DNA from: Saccostrea cucullata
Taxonomy: Eukaryota
Direction of reading: 5' to 3'
NCBI RefSeq assembly: GCF_032062105.1
Contig: NW_026927928.1
Span: 62,001 to 126,000, forward strand
DNA: 64,000 nt
A program made the position numbers and the translations under genes. This document shows positions 44,724 through 59,162 of this stretch, in pieces (the stretch's first letter is position 1; each line of letters starts with the position of its first letter). Under the pieces are notes generated by a model. It saw nothing but the letters and a program-made list of their open reading frames with translations. It made no database searches and had not been told where the DNA came from.

Positions 44724-47700
44724 GCCTCATTCAAGAGGAGAAAATTGGGAATTAATGAAAATTTGGTGGCATATTTTAAAAATCTTCTTCTCAAGAACCA
44801 CTGTGCCAGGAAACATAAACTTATGGGGAAACATCCTCAGGTAGTGTAGATTCAAGTTTGTTCAATTCATGACCCCCAGGGGTAGGGCAGGGCCTAAATT
44901 ACGGGCCAACCAAAGTTTAGGAAAATTCTTTAAAAATCTTCTTCTCAAGAATGACAAAGCCATAATTCCTCATATTTATATGGAAGCATGCTCAGGTAGT
45001 GTAGATTCAAGTTTGTTCAAATCATGGCCCCCGGGGGTACAATGTAGGGTGGGGCCAAAATGGCCGACCAAAGTTTTACATAGAAATATATATGAAAATT
45101 CTTTAGAAATCTTCTTCTCAAGAATGACAAAGCCATAATTCATCATATTTATATGGAAGCATGCTCAGATAGTATAGATTCAAGTTTGTTCAAATAATGA
45201 CCCCTGGGGGTAGGGCGGGGCCAAAATAGCCAACCAAAGTTTTACATAGAAATATATATGAAAATTCTTTAAAAATCTTCTTTTCAAGAATGGCAAAGCC
45301 ATAATTCATCATATTTATATGGAAGCATGCTCAGGTAGTGAAGATTCAAGTTTGTTCAAATCAAGACCCCATGGGTAGGGCGGGGCCAAAATGGCTGACC
45401 AAAGTTTAACATAGAAATATATAGGAAAATTCTTTAAAAATCTTCTCAAGAATAACAAAGTCATGATTGATATTAATATAGTTGGGATATTTATATGGAA
45501 GCATTCTCAGCTAGTGTAGATTCAAGTTTGTTCAAATAATGACCCCCGGGGGTAGGGAAGGGCCTTAATGGCTGGCCAAAGTTTTACATAGAAATACGTA
45601 GGAAAATTATTTAAAAATCTTCTTCTCAAGAATGGCAAAGCCAGAATTCATCATATTTATATGGATGCATGCTCAGGTAATGAAGATTCAAGTTTGTACA
45701 AATCATGACCCCCGGGGGTAGGGCGGTAGAGTTATCTTTCTTTATTTCGATGTTCCTGGAGATGTTGCTTGACGGTGAATAATCAAATGAGATAGATTTG
45801 CCTGGTCTGGTCATTAAAAAGAATAGTCCTGGTGTTTTGAAACATTTCATTTTGAAGCATATTAGATAACAAAGATTTAAAAGGTCCCAAACTTAAAAAT
45901 ATTCTACTTTCACTTTGGATCGAACCGGGGTTACAACTTCGTCAACGAATCGTTACAATTTGTAAACCTGAGATTTATAGTAAATATTTCTTTTGTTTAC
46001 AATATATATTTAATCGAAAATTGCACATTAAATGAAAACTTGGTATTGCCTTTATACTGTCAAAGCAAATAAACGTCCATTGTTTTGAAAACATGACTTG
46101 TTGCCGTCCTAGAAGTAAACAAAAGTTACCTCTCTTACGTCACAAGTGCTATCATTTGGCGCACTTTTTAAAAACAATTTTCTCAAAATTCTAATATGAA
46201 TTAATATTTTTTAAAAATTCTGGTTAATTTTTTCGATAAATAATGTTTCTCTTTAATGCTTAAATATGAATTTTACTCTTATTTCACACAAATTAAACAG
46301 AAATAATGATTTGAAATTTGAGGGCGAGACAGCCCCTTGACGACGGGCCGAGACAGAGATATCTCAGCCTTGAGGGCGAGACAGCCCTACTTCCAAAGCG
46401 CTGTATCGCCAAGTCCAAAACGCCTGTATCAGGGCTGATACACTACTAGGTATATGATATATAGAAATATATATGAAAATTCTTTAAATATCTTCTTCTC
46501 AAGAATGGCAAAGCCATAATTCATCATATTTATATGGAAGCATGCTGATGTAGTGTAGATTCAAGTTTATTCAAATCATGACCCCTGGGGGTAGGGCGGG
46601 GCCAAAATGGCCGACCAAAGTTTTACATAAACATATAGGAAAATTCTTTAAAAATCTTCTTCTCAAGAATGGCAAAGCCATAATTCATCATATTTATATG
46701 GAAGCATGCTCAGCTAGTGTAGATTCAAGTTTGTTCAAATCATGACCCCCGGGGGTAGGGAAGGGCCAAAATGGCTGGCCAAAGTTTTACATAGAAATAC
46801 GTAGGAAAATTCTTTAAAAATCTTCTTCTCAAGAATGGCAAAGCCAGAATTCATCATATTTATATGGAAGCATGCCCAAGTAGTTTAGATTTAAATTTGT
46901 TCAAATCAAGACCCCATGGGTAGGGTGGGGCCAAAATGGCCAACGGAAATTTTTAACGATATGTATAGGAAAATTCTTTAAAAATCATTTTTAAAAAATA
47001 GCAAATCCATGATTGGTTATGGGACTCATTTTGGATTTAAATTTACAATAAAAGCCATTTTCTACTTTTTCCTACCCTTAGTGCTCAGGTGAGCGATGTG
47101 GCCCATGGACCTCTTGTTATACCACTACTGATTTTTTCCTATATAAAAGAAAGGCAGGAAAATATGAATAATTCCCTTCTCAGTGAATTGACTAATTCCC
47201 CATGCATTAGTTTAATGAGCTTATCCCTGCTTCAGAAACTAATTCTCCAGATATCCGTAATCCTCTAGATTTCACCTTTGTATCTGTCTAATATGTTAAT
47301 GGACTAATTCCTCGTGCGATAGTCTTGAGGCTAATTGCCCGCCATTCGTAATCCTCTATTTGTATCAGTATAATAAAACAGTTAAAAAGTATATCATTGA
47401 GGGAGTTAGCAAGATTCCAGTTTCCCAAGACCAGGACTATTTCCCTTCTTATTAACTCCCACAATGATATACTTTAACTGTATAATATATCTGATGGGAT
47501 TTGGGCAAAGGAAACAGCATCATATAAAAATCTTGTTGACTAGCTAGCATCATATAAAAACCTTGCTGGCTAGCTAGTCTATATAAACTTTGAAGATAAA
47601 TTTGTTGTGAAATAATTCAGACTAATTTTATATTGTACATGTTGTATAGTATAATTCAAACTTAATAATACTGGTATATTATGTAATATTTCTTAATTTT

Positions 47701-50700
47701 GATTTTAATATCTTTGCAACAAATTGCAGAGTCATGTCTCGCTAAGATGACAATATTTATATAGTTAAAGAATAATCATAATTTGTTTGATGTTTTATTA
47801 GGCTGTAGCATTGTTAATCAATCATAAACTATACACTAAACAAAGCTTTAAATGGGCATTAGTTAAGTTCTAGCACAACCACATGAAAAATATATATCAT
47901 TTGTTTTAATTAATACCTTCACTTCGGGATATGTATACATTATATGGCCAGGAATGGAACATTATTTAAAGAATGGGTGGACTTAACTGGCCAGAAAAAA
48001 TGCCGCAAATTTATGTTCCATAAAATGTTGATTTTTTTCCATCATATAAACCTCCGATATCTTAACTGTGTATTTATGGTACGGATGTGAATTTAAAATG
48101 CTCTTTTAGAGGTAAACTAAATAAATATCGAAGGCATGGTGCCTGAAGATTTGTTGAATATCAATAGATAATCAGGGCCACGCATTTTTCATCGTCTGAA
48201 TACATAGTCAGCGTATGTTTGTCGGCTGTTCTTACGAAAACTGTATGTGTATATTGAAAAAAAACATGTTCCAAACAAACTTCTCGTTTCCATTGTTACG
48301 ACTTCGATTGACCTGTTAAATATTACAATTCATCACGTGATGTTCACCTGCGAGTGTACTCGTGGAAACAGTTCTTCAACCTTTATTCTTCAACCTGACC
48401 TAGATGAAAATCACTATGTTTGGTGCCGTTTAGCACATTAAATATTGTTTTAATTTGGTGTGTCCTCACATTTTTTAAAAAAAAAATCATAACGACATCG
48501 CCGTAATATTCCAAACACGTATTCAAATTTCTAGAGAGAGAGATGGAGAGAGAAATGTCAACAATGACACCAATCGATAGCCCCGCCTCCTATTAATATT
48601 GATAGCGCGACCTAAAAACCACTCCAGGTACATGTCAAATTCGGGAAGACAACACTAATGTATCGTTGTTTCAATTTTGATTCATGGCAACAAGGCATTG
48701 CTTTTGTACATTTGTTTAGCTATGTATCTAAAATAACCATGTATACGTCGCTCTTTCTAGTGGTTGTATTATATTTTGGATTCACTTTATTTTCAACTTG
48801 TTACAGTACCCGCATCGTTATTCTTTACAGGATACACGATACCATAAGATACACGCACGATACGATAGGATACACGCACGATACGATAGGATACACGCAC
48901 GATACGATAGGATACACGCACGATAGGATAAACGCAAAACACGATAAACGCAAAACACGATAGACCTGATAAACGATCTACACGATAGGATAAACGCAAA
49001 ACCTGATAGGATTGTTTCAAAATGCGGAACGTTTTTTGACAAAACGAAAAGATTATTTTGAATTAAATTTAAAGATTAAAGATTATTTTAATTAAATTAT
49101 ATTTTAATTTAAATACTCGCAGAGCTTCAAATCTTAACTATAAAGTACATTTACTTATTATAAAAAGAACCTGAGATCTCTGTATTAATTTTACAAAAGT
49201 TGTTTATTTATGTATATAAAAAATTGACAGTGATTAAATGGATTTTTATAAAATGGAGACTGTATTTTTGTTTTTATTTCTTCTTAAGTGTGTGAATTTT
49301 GAAACTCTATAAACAGATTTATTATTTATGAAAAATATATTTTAATTTTTTATCTAATAAATTTATCTACAAGTGCCAAGTTATTTCACGAAAGAAATTT
49401 ACGCAATAAATTTAATATTTGTATTTAATGTCTTAAGCTTACAATCTGCAATGTATCCAAAAATCGCAATTAAATATTAATATCTTAGAAAATAATACAA
49501 GTAGAAGACTGGCCGAAAGAAAGGTTTAAAGAAAACGGCTTTAACAAAATTAATAAATTTAACATGATAGATCTATCAAGAACGAAACAGTTGAAGAAAG
49601 TTGAATTTTCTGAATAGAGATCTAAATAATTATTAAAATAATGGCGATCTGCATTAATACATGTAAACTGTGTCATGAGAATATGAATCTGCTACAACTG
49701 CACATGTGCGTTTACGCTAAGCTCTGACTTATGTACATGTAAACATTTTACATTACAGATACTTAAAACGTCGTATTTATTAACGAACATTGAATGGTAA
49801 AATAATTTCTTCTTTACAATACAGAACAGAAAAATGAATTAACAAATATTAAAAGAGTGAAATGCGACTTTTCCGACTAAATAATTATAAATCATTGCTA
49901 TTAAACTCTGTGTGTATTGTTTCTAATAATAACGAAAAATAGTTTTAATTCGGCAAATGAATCATTAAACCTTAAACATCATTTTACACTGACCCGGTAA
50001 TCTCATATTAGGCATATTCGAAGGGCGGTATTTTGAAAGTCCGCAACCAACTAAATTAGATAAACAAGATCTAACCAAATAGCCAAATATAATATTGAAT
50101 TCTTAAATAAAGTTACATACGTATGGAATAAAATCAATTTATACTATAAATTGATTCGGTGTATTTATTAGTCTTACATGGTCACGGCGGATCAGACGAC
50201 TCATTTTGTTTTATTTTTTTTAGTAAGATACCGTTAAAAAATTTTGCGAGCTAATTTTTATAGTTTAGAAAGTTAGAACTATTTCATCCGTTTCCACGAT
50301 CAATGAAATCGTTTCCTAGAATTAATTTTTTCCGTTTTACATAAAAACCCGAAAGTGAACGTACCATAAGCGCAGTATATTTTTTTATGTTTATTAAAAG
50401 ACTTATTTAGATAAACATAATGGAAACATTGTACGAAATGAAAAAGAATCAACGGAGTGAGTTTAGGGGCTTCATTTCATTAAATTGATTTATTTGAAAT
50501 TTTTTTAACATTCAAGATGATTTTTTAATCCATAAATCGTACAATTATTTAATGTATTTTGAATTAAATCTTTTATAAAATTGTTCAAACAAGTTAGGAA
50601 CAAAATCCCGAAAATAAGTACATGTAGATGCGTTTCATTAGAACCAGGTAGTATTCGAGGTTACTAATTGACCCCAGGTGAGAAATTAGTCCAGGTATGT

Positions 50701-53700
50701 TGACGGTGATTACAAACATACGGACTGAGGTGTCAGTTAGGGGAGAAGGGGGAGGGGGCGGATGACCGCACAGGAAGACAGTGTGCTAATTAGAGAGCCA
50801 CACATACGTGTCATTTTTCTTGGTAGGAAAGGTCTTCGATTTATTTTGATTTTTGGCATCCCAATGGATAATATTTTGAGTTTAATTCCACGCCGAAAAG
50901 GTAAGCTGTTAAAAAACTTCATGTTTTCCCCTGTACATGTATATACATGTATTATTTTTAATCTAATGTCAGATAAAATTAATGAAAATCCACAGGCGCT
51001 TGACGTTTTTAACCTTTCTTTTTCCTACTATAATAATAACCAAGGCGTCTCACGTAGCCATCTTGGATTTTTTTCAGGTCAGCTACCTCACCTCGATTTT
51101 TAGTCTACAGTATGTTTAAAATAAACAGATACAACCCTTTCCTTGGAGTACTTACCTTAACCATGCCTCCACTTTCGGGCAATCCAACTCAAACCACATT
51201 AAACCCTCTGTAATCTTTAAAATATCGCTTCATACTCAGTCTACTGCTACCGACTCGGTAAAAATTTGGAAAAGGGAGGCCGGAAGTTAATGTTAGAACG
51301 TCATAATCCAGGAAAGCCCTTTTCTGATTGGTTGATATCTTATTAGTTATAAATATTAAACTTGCGGTAATATTTGAAATAGAAAACGAACTGTTTACAT
51401 CATGTAAATCTAAAGCATGAAAAATAAAATACACACAAAATAATGGAGCTTGAACAGTTTTACTGGTATGCATCATATAAATACCTAAGTAATCAATCAA
51501 ATTTAAGCAGAGGAAATTCTCATTTACATAATAACACTTCCGGCCTCCCTTTTCTAAGTTTTTACCGAGTCGGTAGCAGTATACTGAGTATGAAGCGATA
51601 TTTTAAAGATTACAGAGGGTTTAATGTGGTTTGAGTTGGATTGCCTGAAAGTGGAGGCATGGTTAAGGTAAGTACTCCAAGGAAAGGGTTGTATCTGTTT
51701 ATTTTAAACATACTGTAGACTAAAAATCAAGGCGAGGTAGCTGACCTGAAAAAAATCCAAGATGGCTACGTGAGACACCTTGGTTATTATTATAGTAGGG
51801 AAATTTTTTATTTATAAAGAGAAAGGTTAAAAACGTCAAGCGCCTGTGTGAAAATCTTCTATTTTATAGTAACAGTCATGGTGTGATAAATTGGGTAGAA
51901 CATTTTCATTGATTATATTTTATAATTTTGATTTCTTTTATTAATTTAGACATATGTCAAGAAATTTATAATTAGCTTCAAAAAAAATAAATTAAAATTT
52001 GAACGTATACGACCAAAATCGTTGTTAAAGTCATCTGGATCAATGTCTTTTGTTTTATTATATTTGTAACATCAAGACTTTAAATAATTTAATTTTGACA
52101 AAATAAATCATACAATTCGACAAATTATTTTTTAAAGTAATAGACCAGTTGATCGATCTACTTATAATTTCATTTCCGAAAAATAGAGTTACTGTTTAAA
52201 TTTTACAATTACTGTCTGCTTTACCATGATATAATTATTTTATTTATTTAATTAATTATTTATCAATTAATCAATTTATTCATTCATGAAATAAGCGATT
52301 AATTATTTTTTCCTTCTACGCTTTAATATTTATTATATTGATGAAAAAGAAAGGGATAAATCTTTATTTTCTCTTTTTCAGTTGAATTAATCTCATTTTT
52401 ATTAACAAAACGAAAAAGAAACTCGGAATAGCTCAGTAGTTTCTTTACATAGTGAAGATAAAAAGCGAGGGTTTCTGAATATACATGATAAACGCAAAAC
52501 ATGATACACGATAGAACCTGATAAACGATCTACACGATAAACGCAAAACACGATAAACGGAAAACACGATAGAAAACGCAAAACCTGATAAACGGAAAAC
52601 ACGATACGATAGGATACACGCACGATACGATAGGATACACGCACGATAGAACACGATAGAATTGTAAAGAATAACGATGCGGGTACTGTAGAGTGCAGTC
52701 TCAAAAAGATCCAAAATAGGGCGCTAAGTCCACCCATTCTCTGTGTATCAAGGTTAACATGATTTTCCTGCAGTGTAAACTGTTTAGGATAATAAATTGG
52801 ACAATATTTGATAGCTGTATCATGCTGTGATGGGGCACTTTATTGGGACTAGAACCGGGGCAATAAAAACTGAGAAAAATCATAAGACAAAGCTAAATTC
52901 ATAATGAATTGACTCTATGATGGTTATTATCACCAAAATTTCTGTTTTGTTATATAGATTGATTGTACCATTATGTTCTTTATACCCAATTGGAGAATTT
53001 TTCACTCATATTTAAACGTCATATGCATATACTTGTAAAAAGCTTCAAATTTTGACCTTTTCTTGACACTCAGGGCCATTGAGCAGTGATGAATCTTAAT
53101 CGGGCTAACCCCTGCGATTACACGGGGCCTCCGTTTTTAAGGTCTCATCTGAAGGACCATTAACTTTCACTTCAAAGTGCCGAGTGCATGGTGAAGGAAG
53201 AGTTGCTAGTTGCTACCAATGTTTTATTGACCCCGCCAGGTCAGTTGCAGCAAAAATGAACTTAAAACCTTTTAATTACCTAGCAAATGTTCTACTAAAT
53301 GAGCTACCATGATGGTTTGTTTTGGCAAGACAGAATATTTTTTCTCAAATAGATAGCTTCAGGAAGTGTTCTTTTTACAGATATCTAATTGCAAATCATA
53401 ATTTACAATTTTACTTACGGAAAACCATACCAATAAAATATCAAAAATGAATTTCTAAATTGAGACTGCCATCACACCAATTGGCAATTGAAACAGGTAG
53501 ATATAGTAATACAGAAAGACACTCTAGATATTGGTTTTTTGTGTTCAAATAATGTTGAGGACGAATTTCATTTTATTTTAATCTGTTCTGCTTATGAAAT
53601 ACTAGTACATCGTAAAAAATACTTAAAGTCTTATTATTGGAAAAAACCTTCAATGTTTAAATTGTTGCAACTTTTTAATGTTGAAAATGTGAAAGAATTA

Positions 53701-56700
53701 TGCAACCTAGGTAAATTTATTTACTTCAGCCTAAAGACTAGAGAATACTTGTTAAATTAATCATTTATGTCATATATTTATACATAAGTGTCATATGTTC
53801 ATAATTATCATATTCTCCTGTAAACCTGCATGTACAGTCATGTTTGTATTTGTTTGTACTGATGAGCTATAAAGCTCAAAGTCAATAAAGAACTTGTTTT
53901 ATAGAGAAACATGATGTCTTGAGTAACAATTAAGTTAATTAAGTAATTACATTCCTTAATATTTTGGGAAGTGACAAATTGGGAAAATTAATTAACACAT
54001 TCAATTTGGAAAAAGGTACCTTGTTTGAATTGGATCATTTTAACTAACCCCAATTATAGAGAATAAAGAGCCCTGAAACTACAGTTTATCCATGCTGTCT
54101 GTATCAACTGAGAGCAAATGTCTCTGGGGAAAAAGTAAAACTTCCCAAGCAATGATTTTAATGTATCATGAACATGATTAAGTTAGAGAGATTGTTAAGA
54201 AATAGATTTTGAAAGTATGTAGTTAAACTCTTTAACTCACTTAAGCCCAAGTGATCTGTCTGTCCATCCATATATTTTTCTATAGCTGTCTGTCTACATG
54301 TAGCTGTCCATCTACAACTTTTCACATTTTCAATTTCTTCTCAAGAGCTATACTGGACCATTTTAGACAAAGTAGGTACATGCGTGTCTCTGGGTGAAGA
54401 GGATTCTAAATTCTTGAACAAACTGGCAATTTAAGACATCCTCCCAAGGGGAGATAATTGAAAAAAGAGTGGAATGGAGTCATTAAATTTTTTTTCTCAA
54501 TAACAACTGGACAAGAACAAGAGATGTTTGTAAAACACTTATGCCCCCCTCCCCCCAAATTGGAATTTTTTTGTAAGTCCAAGGGGCATAACTCTGTCAA
54601 AAATGGCACGATTGTACCCAAAACAGAACTTGACCTAGATATTAATGTGATATATCTGTAAATTAAATTTCATCTCAGTATGTGCAACGGGTGCAAAGAA
54701 AATGAACAGAAACTGCTAATAATTGAAATTTTTCTAAGTCCTAGGGGCATAACTCTGTCAAAAATGGTGCGATTGTACCCAAAACAGAACTTGACCTAGA
54801 TATTAAGGTGATATATCTGTATACTAAATTTCATTTCAGTATGTGCAATGGTTGCAAAGAAAATGAGCGGAAACTGCTAATAATTGAAATTTTTCTAAGA
54901 CCATGGGGCATAACTCTGTCAAAAATGGTGTGATCGTGCCTAAAACAAAACTTGACCTAGATATAAATTCATGTGATATATCTGTATACCAAATTTCATT
55001 TCAGTATGTGCAACGGTTGCGAAGAAAATGAACGGAAACTAAGTGGACTGACAGACCGACTGACCGACAGACAGCAGCAAAGCAATATGCCCTCCCTTCT
55101 TCGAAGAGGGGCATAAATATTGAAATTTATATGAAAGCTTTCTGAAATAGTGTAGACTCAATACTATTCTAATCATGGCCTCAAGGGGTAGGACAAGGCA
55201 ACAAAATATATGAGTTCAAATTTTAATATTGAAATGTATATTAGGAAAAATCTTGCTCTTAGGAACCATTCTAACAGAAAAGCTGAAAATTATGTAGAAA
55301 TAGTGTAGATTCTAAATTGTTAAAAAACAGTCCATGGGGTTAGAGTCAGAGCCACAATAGGGAATCAAATTTTTATAAACAATGAAAGACATAGGAAAAA
55401 TCTAAAAAAAAAAAATCTTCTTAAGAAACACTGGGCCTGAAAAGATGATCTTTGTGAAACCTTCATGAGGTTATTTAAATTAAATTATTAAATTTAAACA
55501 TGTATAATCCAGTCTCTTAAAGGTAAGGAGGGGTCATAATATTGAAACATGGTATTGCATTGGGGAAAATAAGATGCAGTTCCAAAGTGATTGATTCTTG
55601 TGATTGTTGTGGCCCATTAACCTGACATTTTATATGCAATTTTAATATCTTTTTTCACTATTTGAAAAAAAAAATCACTAATTAATATAAAAACAACTTT
55701 CATTTATTATAAATTACAGTATTTTTACTATTGAAAATGTAGTTAAATACAATTATCCATTTACTTCTTTCTTTCAGATATGGAGTGCAATTGGGTAAGT
55801 AAATAGCACATGTAAAAATATTACTTGTAGGGGTGTAACAGTATATGGCTAGCTTGTCTAATTATGATTATATAACATGATACACTCATTACACTGGGCC
55901 TGTATCATGATATTTTTCATGATATTTTACTAATCACCTTTTATAGATTTTAGGTCACCTGAGTCATTCAGGTGACGTATTGCTATCCATTTTTGTCTGT
56001 CATATGTTAACATTTGAACATTTTTAGCTTACCGTATAATCCCTATTAACCGCCACAGGCGCTTAGAAAATTGCAAAAAGGGGGCTGTTATTTTGGTATT
56101 GATTTACTCTTCACAGATACATATAACTTATACAAATAGCACACTTACAATAGAACTTTTCCAAAAACCCTAGTGTAAATATATATCAATAACTGTATGG
56201 TGTAATGATATGTATTTTCAAGGGGATTTTTGGTTTATGGAAAATCTATGGGTTTATGAAGATTTGATTTTATGGCTGAAGAATTGTTCTGTTAACTTTT
56301 GTAAATGATAATCTACATTTCGTGGTGGACATGAATTCATAGGTCTCTTCATACCTTGAAAACAAGGAAAATAAAACCCATAACATTTTATAATTTCACT
56401 GTACATCTTAGATTTTATTTTACACTTGTACAGTTTTTCATCTGTTGAAGCTTATGATTCTATCATTTTATCATTTTACAGGAAAAATATTCCTGCAAAG
56501 GCCCAGGAAACATGACTTGTCAGTTTGCTCATGAGTACTCAAGTACACAAAAAGTACATCGCTGGAACATTACAGAAACTACTTACGATCTTATTGACCA
56601 CTTTTGTAAACTAGAAAAAGAAAACTTGAAACAAAAGTTTGCATATATATTCTCAGAAAAAATACAACTGATGATACGATCACACACCACGACAGAAGAT

Positions 56701-57697
56701 GAAATGGAGGTTATGAGGATAGTGCAAAGCATAGAAGAAAAATTGTCAAACTTGTGGTATCTGGAGATGAATAGTGTGGTGTCCAACAAATTAGGATATT
56801 CACCATCATTAAAGAAACTTACAGATTCTCATTGCTTAGTCTTAACTCCATTTTCCACAGAAGAGAGAAGGAGAAGAATTTGTATCGTCAGTGACAGTCT
56901 ATCTAGTTTGAAAAATTCATATGAAACCCTTTGTCATGAATACATGAGGGGAAATGCTCTTTCTATTGCCACTTTATCAACAGTTTCCAACTCTCGAGAA
57001 ATTTTAGCATCTAAAAGCAGCTCTAATGCATCTGCAAATGTTGGAAACCAACCTTCTCAACCAACTCCAAAATCAGAAAGTGGTCAAGAAAAATGTTTTG
57101 AGTTGTTGATTGACAGAACAACAATAAAAGTATACCAAAAGTCAGTTCTTGATGTGAAGGCAGATGCCCTTGTGAATGTTGCCAGTGAGCGCTTAACCCA
57201 TGATGCCAGTGTTTCCAAAGCAATCTGGGATGCTGCTGGTTTAGAATATTGGGATGAATGTGATAAAATTCTGGAAGAAAATAGCATGAAGCTAAAAATA
57301 TCTAAGTGTTATGAAAGTAAACCTGGTAGACTAAGTAAGAGCTTCAAAGTCATTCTTCATGCAGTTGGTCCTATTTGGACAGATTATGAAAATAAGGAGG
57401 AGTGTCTAATGTTTTTAAGACAAACCATTTATAATTTGTTGAAGAAAGCAGACTTATTGCGTGTTACCTGTATTGTGATACCAGCAGTAGACTCAGGTAA
57501 TAATGTTATTTTTTGACATTTTATTAAAAACATTACAGTAACACCTGTCTAATCTGACATACACTGGGAGATGATTATAGTCAGGATGTTGGATTGCACA
57601 TTGAAAAAAATATTTTAAAAAATAATAAAATAGGTAGGAATTAATGTCAGAATTTGCAGTGTGACGGATTACACAGGTGTCGATTAGACAGTTTTTA

Positions 57698-57737
<40 letters not shown>

Positions 57738-57840
57738 ACAAAATTTGTCCGTCGTTGTCGTTGTCGTCGTCGTTGTCGTTGTTGTTGTTGTCGTCGTTGT
57801 AAACTTTTCACATTTTCATCTTCTCCTCAAGAACCACAGG

Positions 57841-57912
<72 letters not shown>

Positions 57913-58132
57913 GCGCCCTTTTCCAAGGGGAGATAATCATGAATTTGTTAAAAATTAATGGCATTTTTAAAAAATCTTCTTCTCCAGAACCGCTGGGCCA
58001 GGAAAGATGAAACTCATGTGGAAGCATCCTCAGGTAGGGTAGATTCAAGTTTGTTCATATCATGACCCCCGGGGCAAGGGTGGGGCCAAAATGGCTGACC
58101 CAAGTTTTACATAGGAATATATAGGAAAAATC

Positions 58133-58166
<34 letters not shown>

Positions 58167-58298
58167 GGAAAGATGAAACTCATGTGGAATCATCCTCAGG
58201 TAGTGTAGATTCAAGTTTGTTCATATCATGACTCCCGGGGCAAGTGTGGGGCCAAAATGGCCGACCCAAGTTTTACATAGGAATATATTAGAAAAATC

Positions 58299-58332
<34 letters not shown>

Positions 58333-58464
58333 GGAAAGATGAAACTCATTTGGAATCATCCTCAGGTAGTGTAGATTCAAGTTTGTTCATATCATGACCC
58401 CCGGGGCAAGGGTGGGGCCAAAATGGCCGACCCAAGTTTTACATAGGAATATATAGGAAAAATC

Positions 58465-58498
<34 letters not shown>

Positions 58499-58633
58499 GG
58501 AAAGATGAAACTCATCTGGAATCATCCTCAGGTAGTGTAGATTCAAGTTTGTTCATATCATGACCCCTGGGGCAAGGGTGGGGCCAAAATGGCCGACCCA
58601 AGTTTTACATAGGAATATATAGGAAAAATCTTC

Positions 58634-58664
<31 letters not shown>

Positions 58665-59128
58665 GGAAAGATGAAACTCATCTGGAATCATCCTCAGGTA
58701 GTGTAGATGCAAGTTTGTTCAAATCATGACCCCTGGGGCAAGGGTGGGGCCAAAATGACCGACCCAAGTTTTACATAGGAATATACAGGAAAAATCTTTA
58801 AAAGTCTTCTTCTCAAGAACCACTGGGCCAGGAAAGATGAAACTCATGTGGAATCATCCTCAGGTCGTGTAGATTCAAGTTTGTTCAAATCATGACCCCC
58901 GGGGCTAGGATGGGGCCAAAATGGCCGACCCTTGTTTTACATAGGAATATATAGGAAAAATCTTTAAAAATCTTCTTCTCGAGAACCACCAGGCCAGGAA
59001 AGATGAAACTCATGTGGAATCATCCTCAGGTAGTGTAGATTCAAGTGTGTTCAAATCATGACCCCCGGGGCAAGGGTGGGGCCAAAATGGCCGACCCTTG
59101 TTTTACATAGGAATATATTAGAAAAATC

Positions 59129-59162
<34 letters not shown>

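Noticed and set aside
48830-49010. 21-bp repeats as a CRISPR array or a repetitive ORF (HDTIGYT)n
   Set aside because: Contiguous tandem units with no spacers, inside a TIR element in eukaryotic DNA.
51189-51634. Divergent ORF pair with identical C-termini
   Set aside because: An artefact of the foldback MITE arms.
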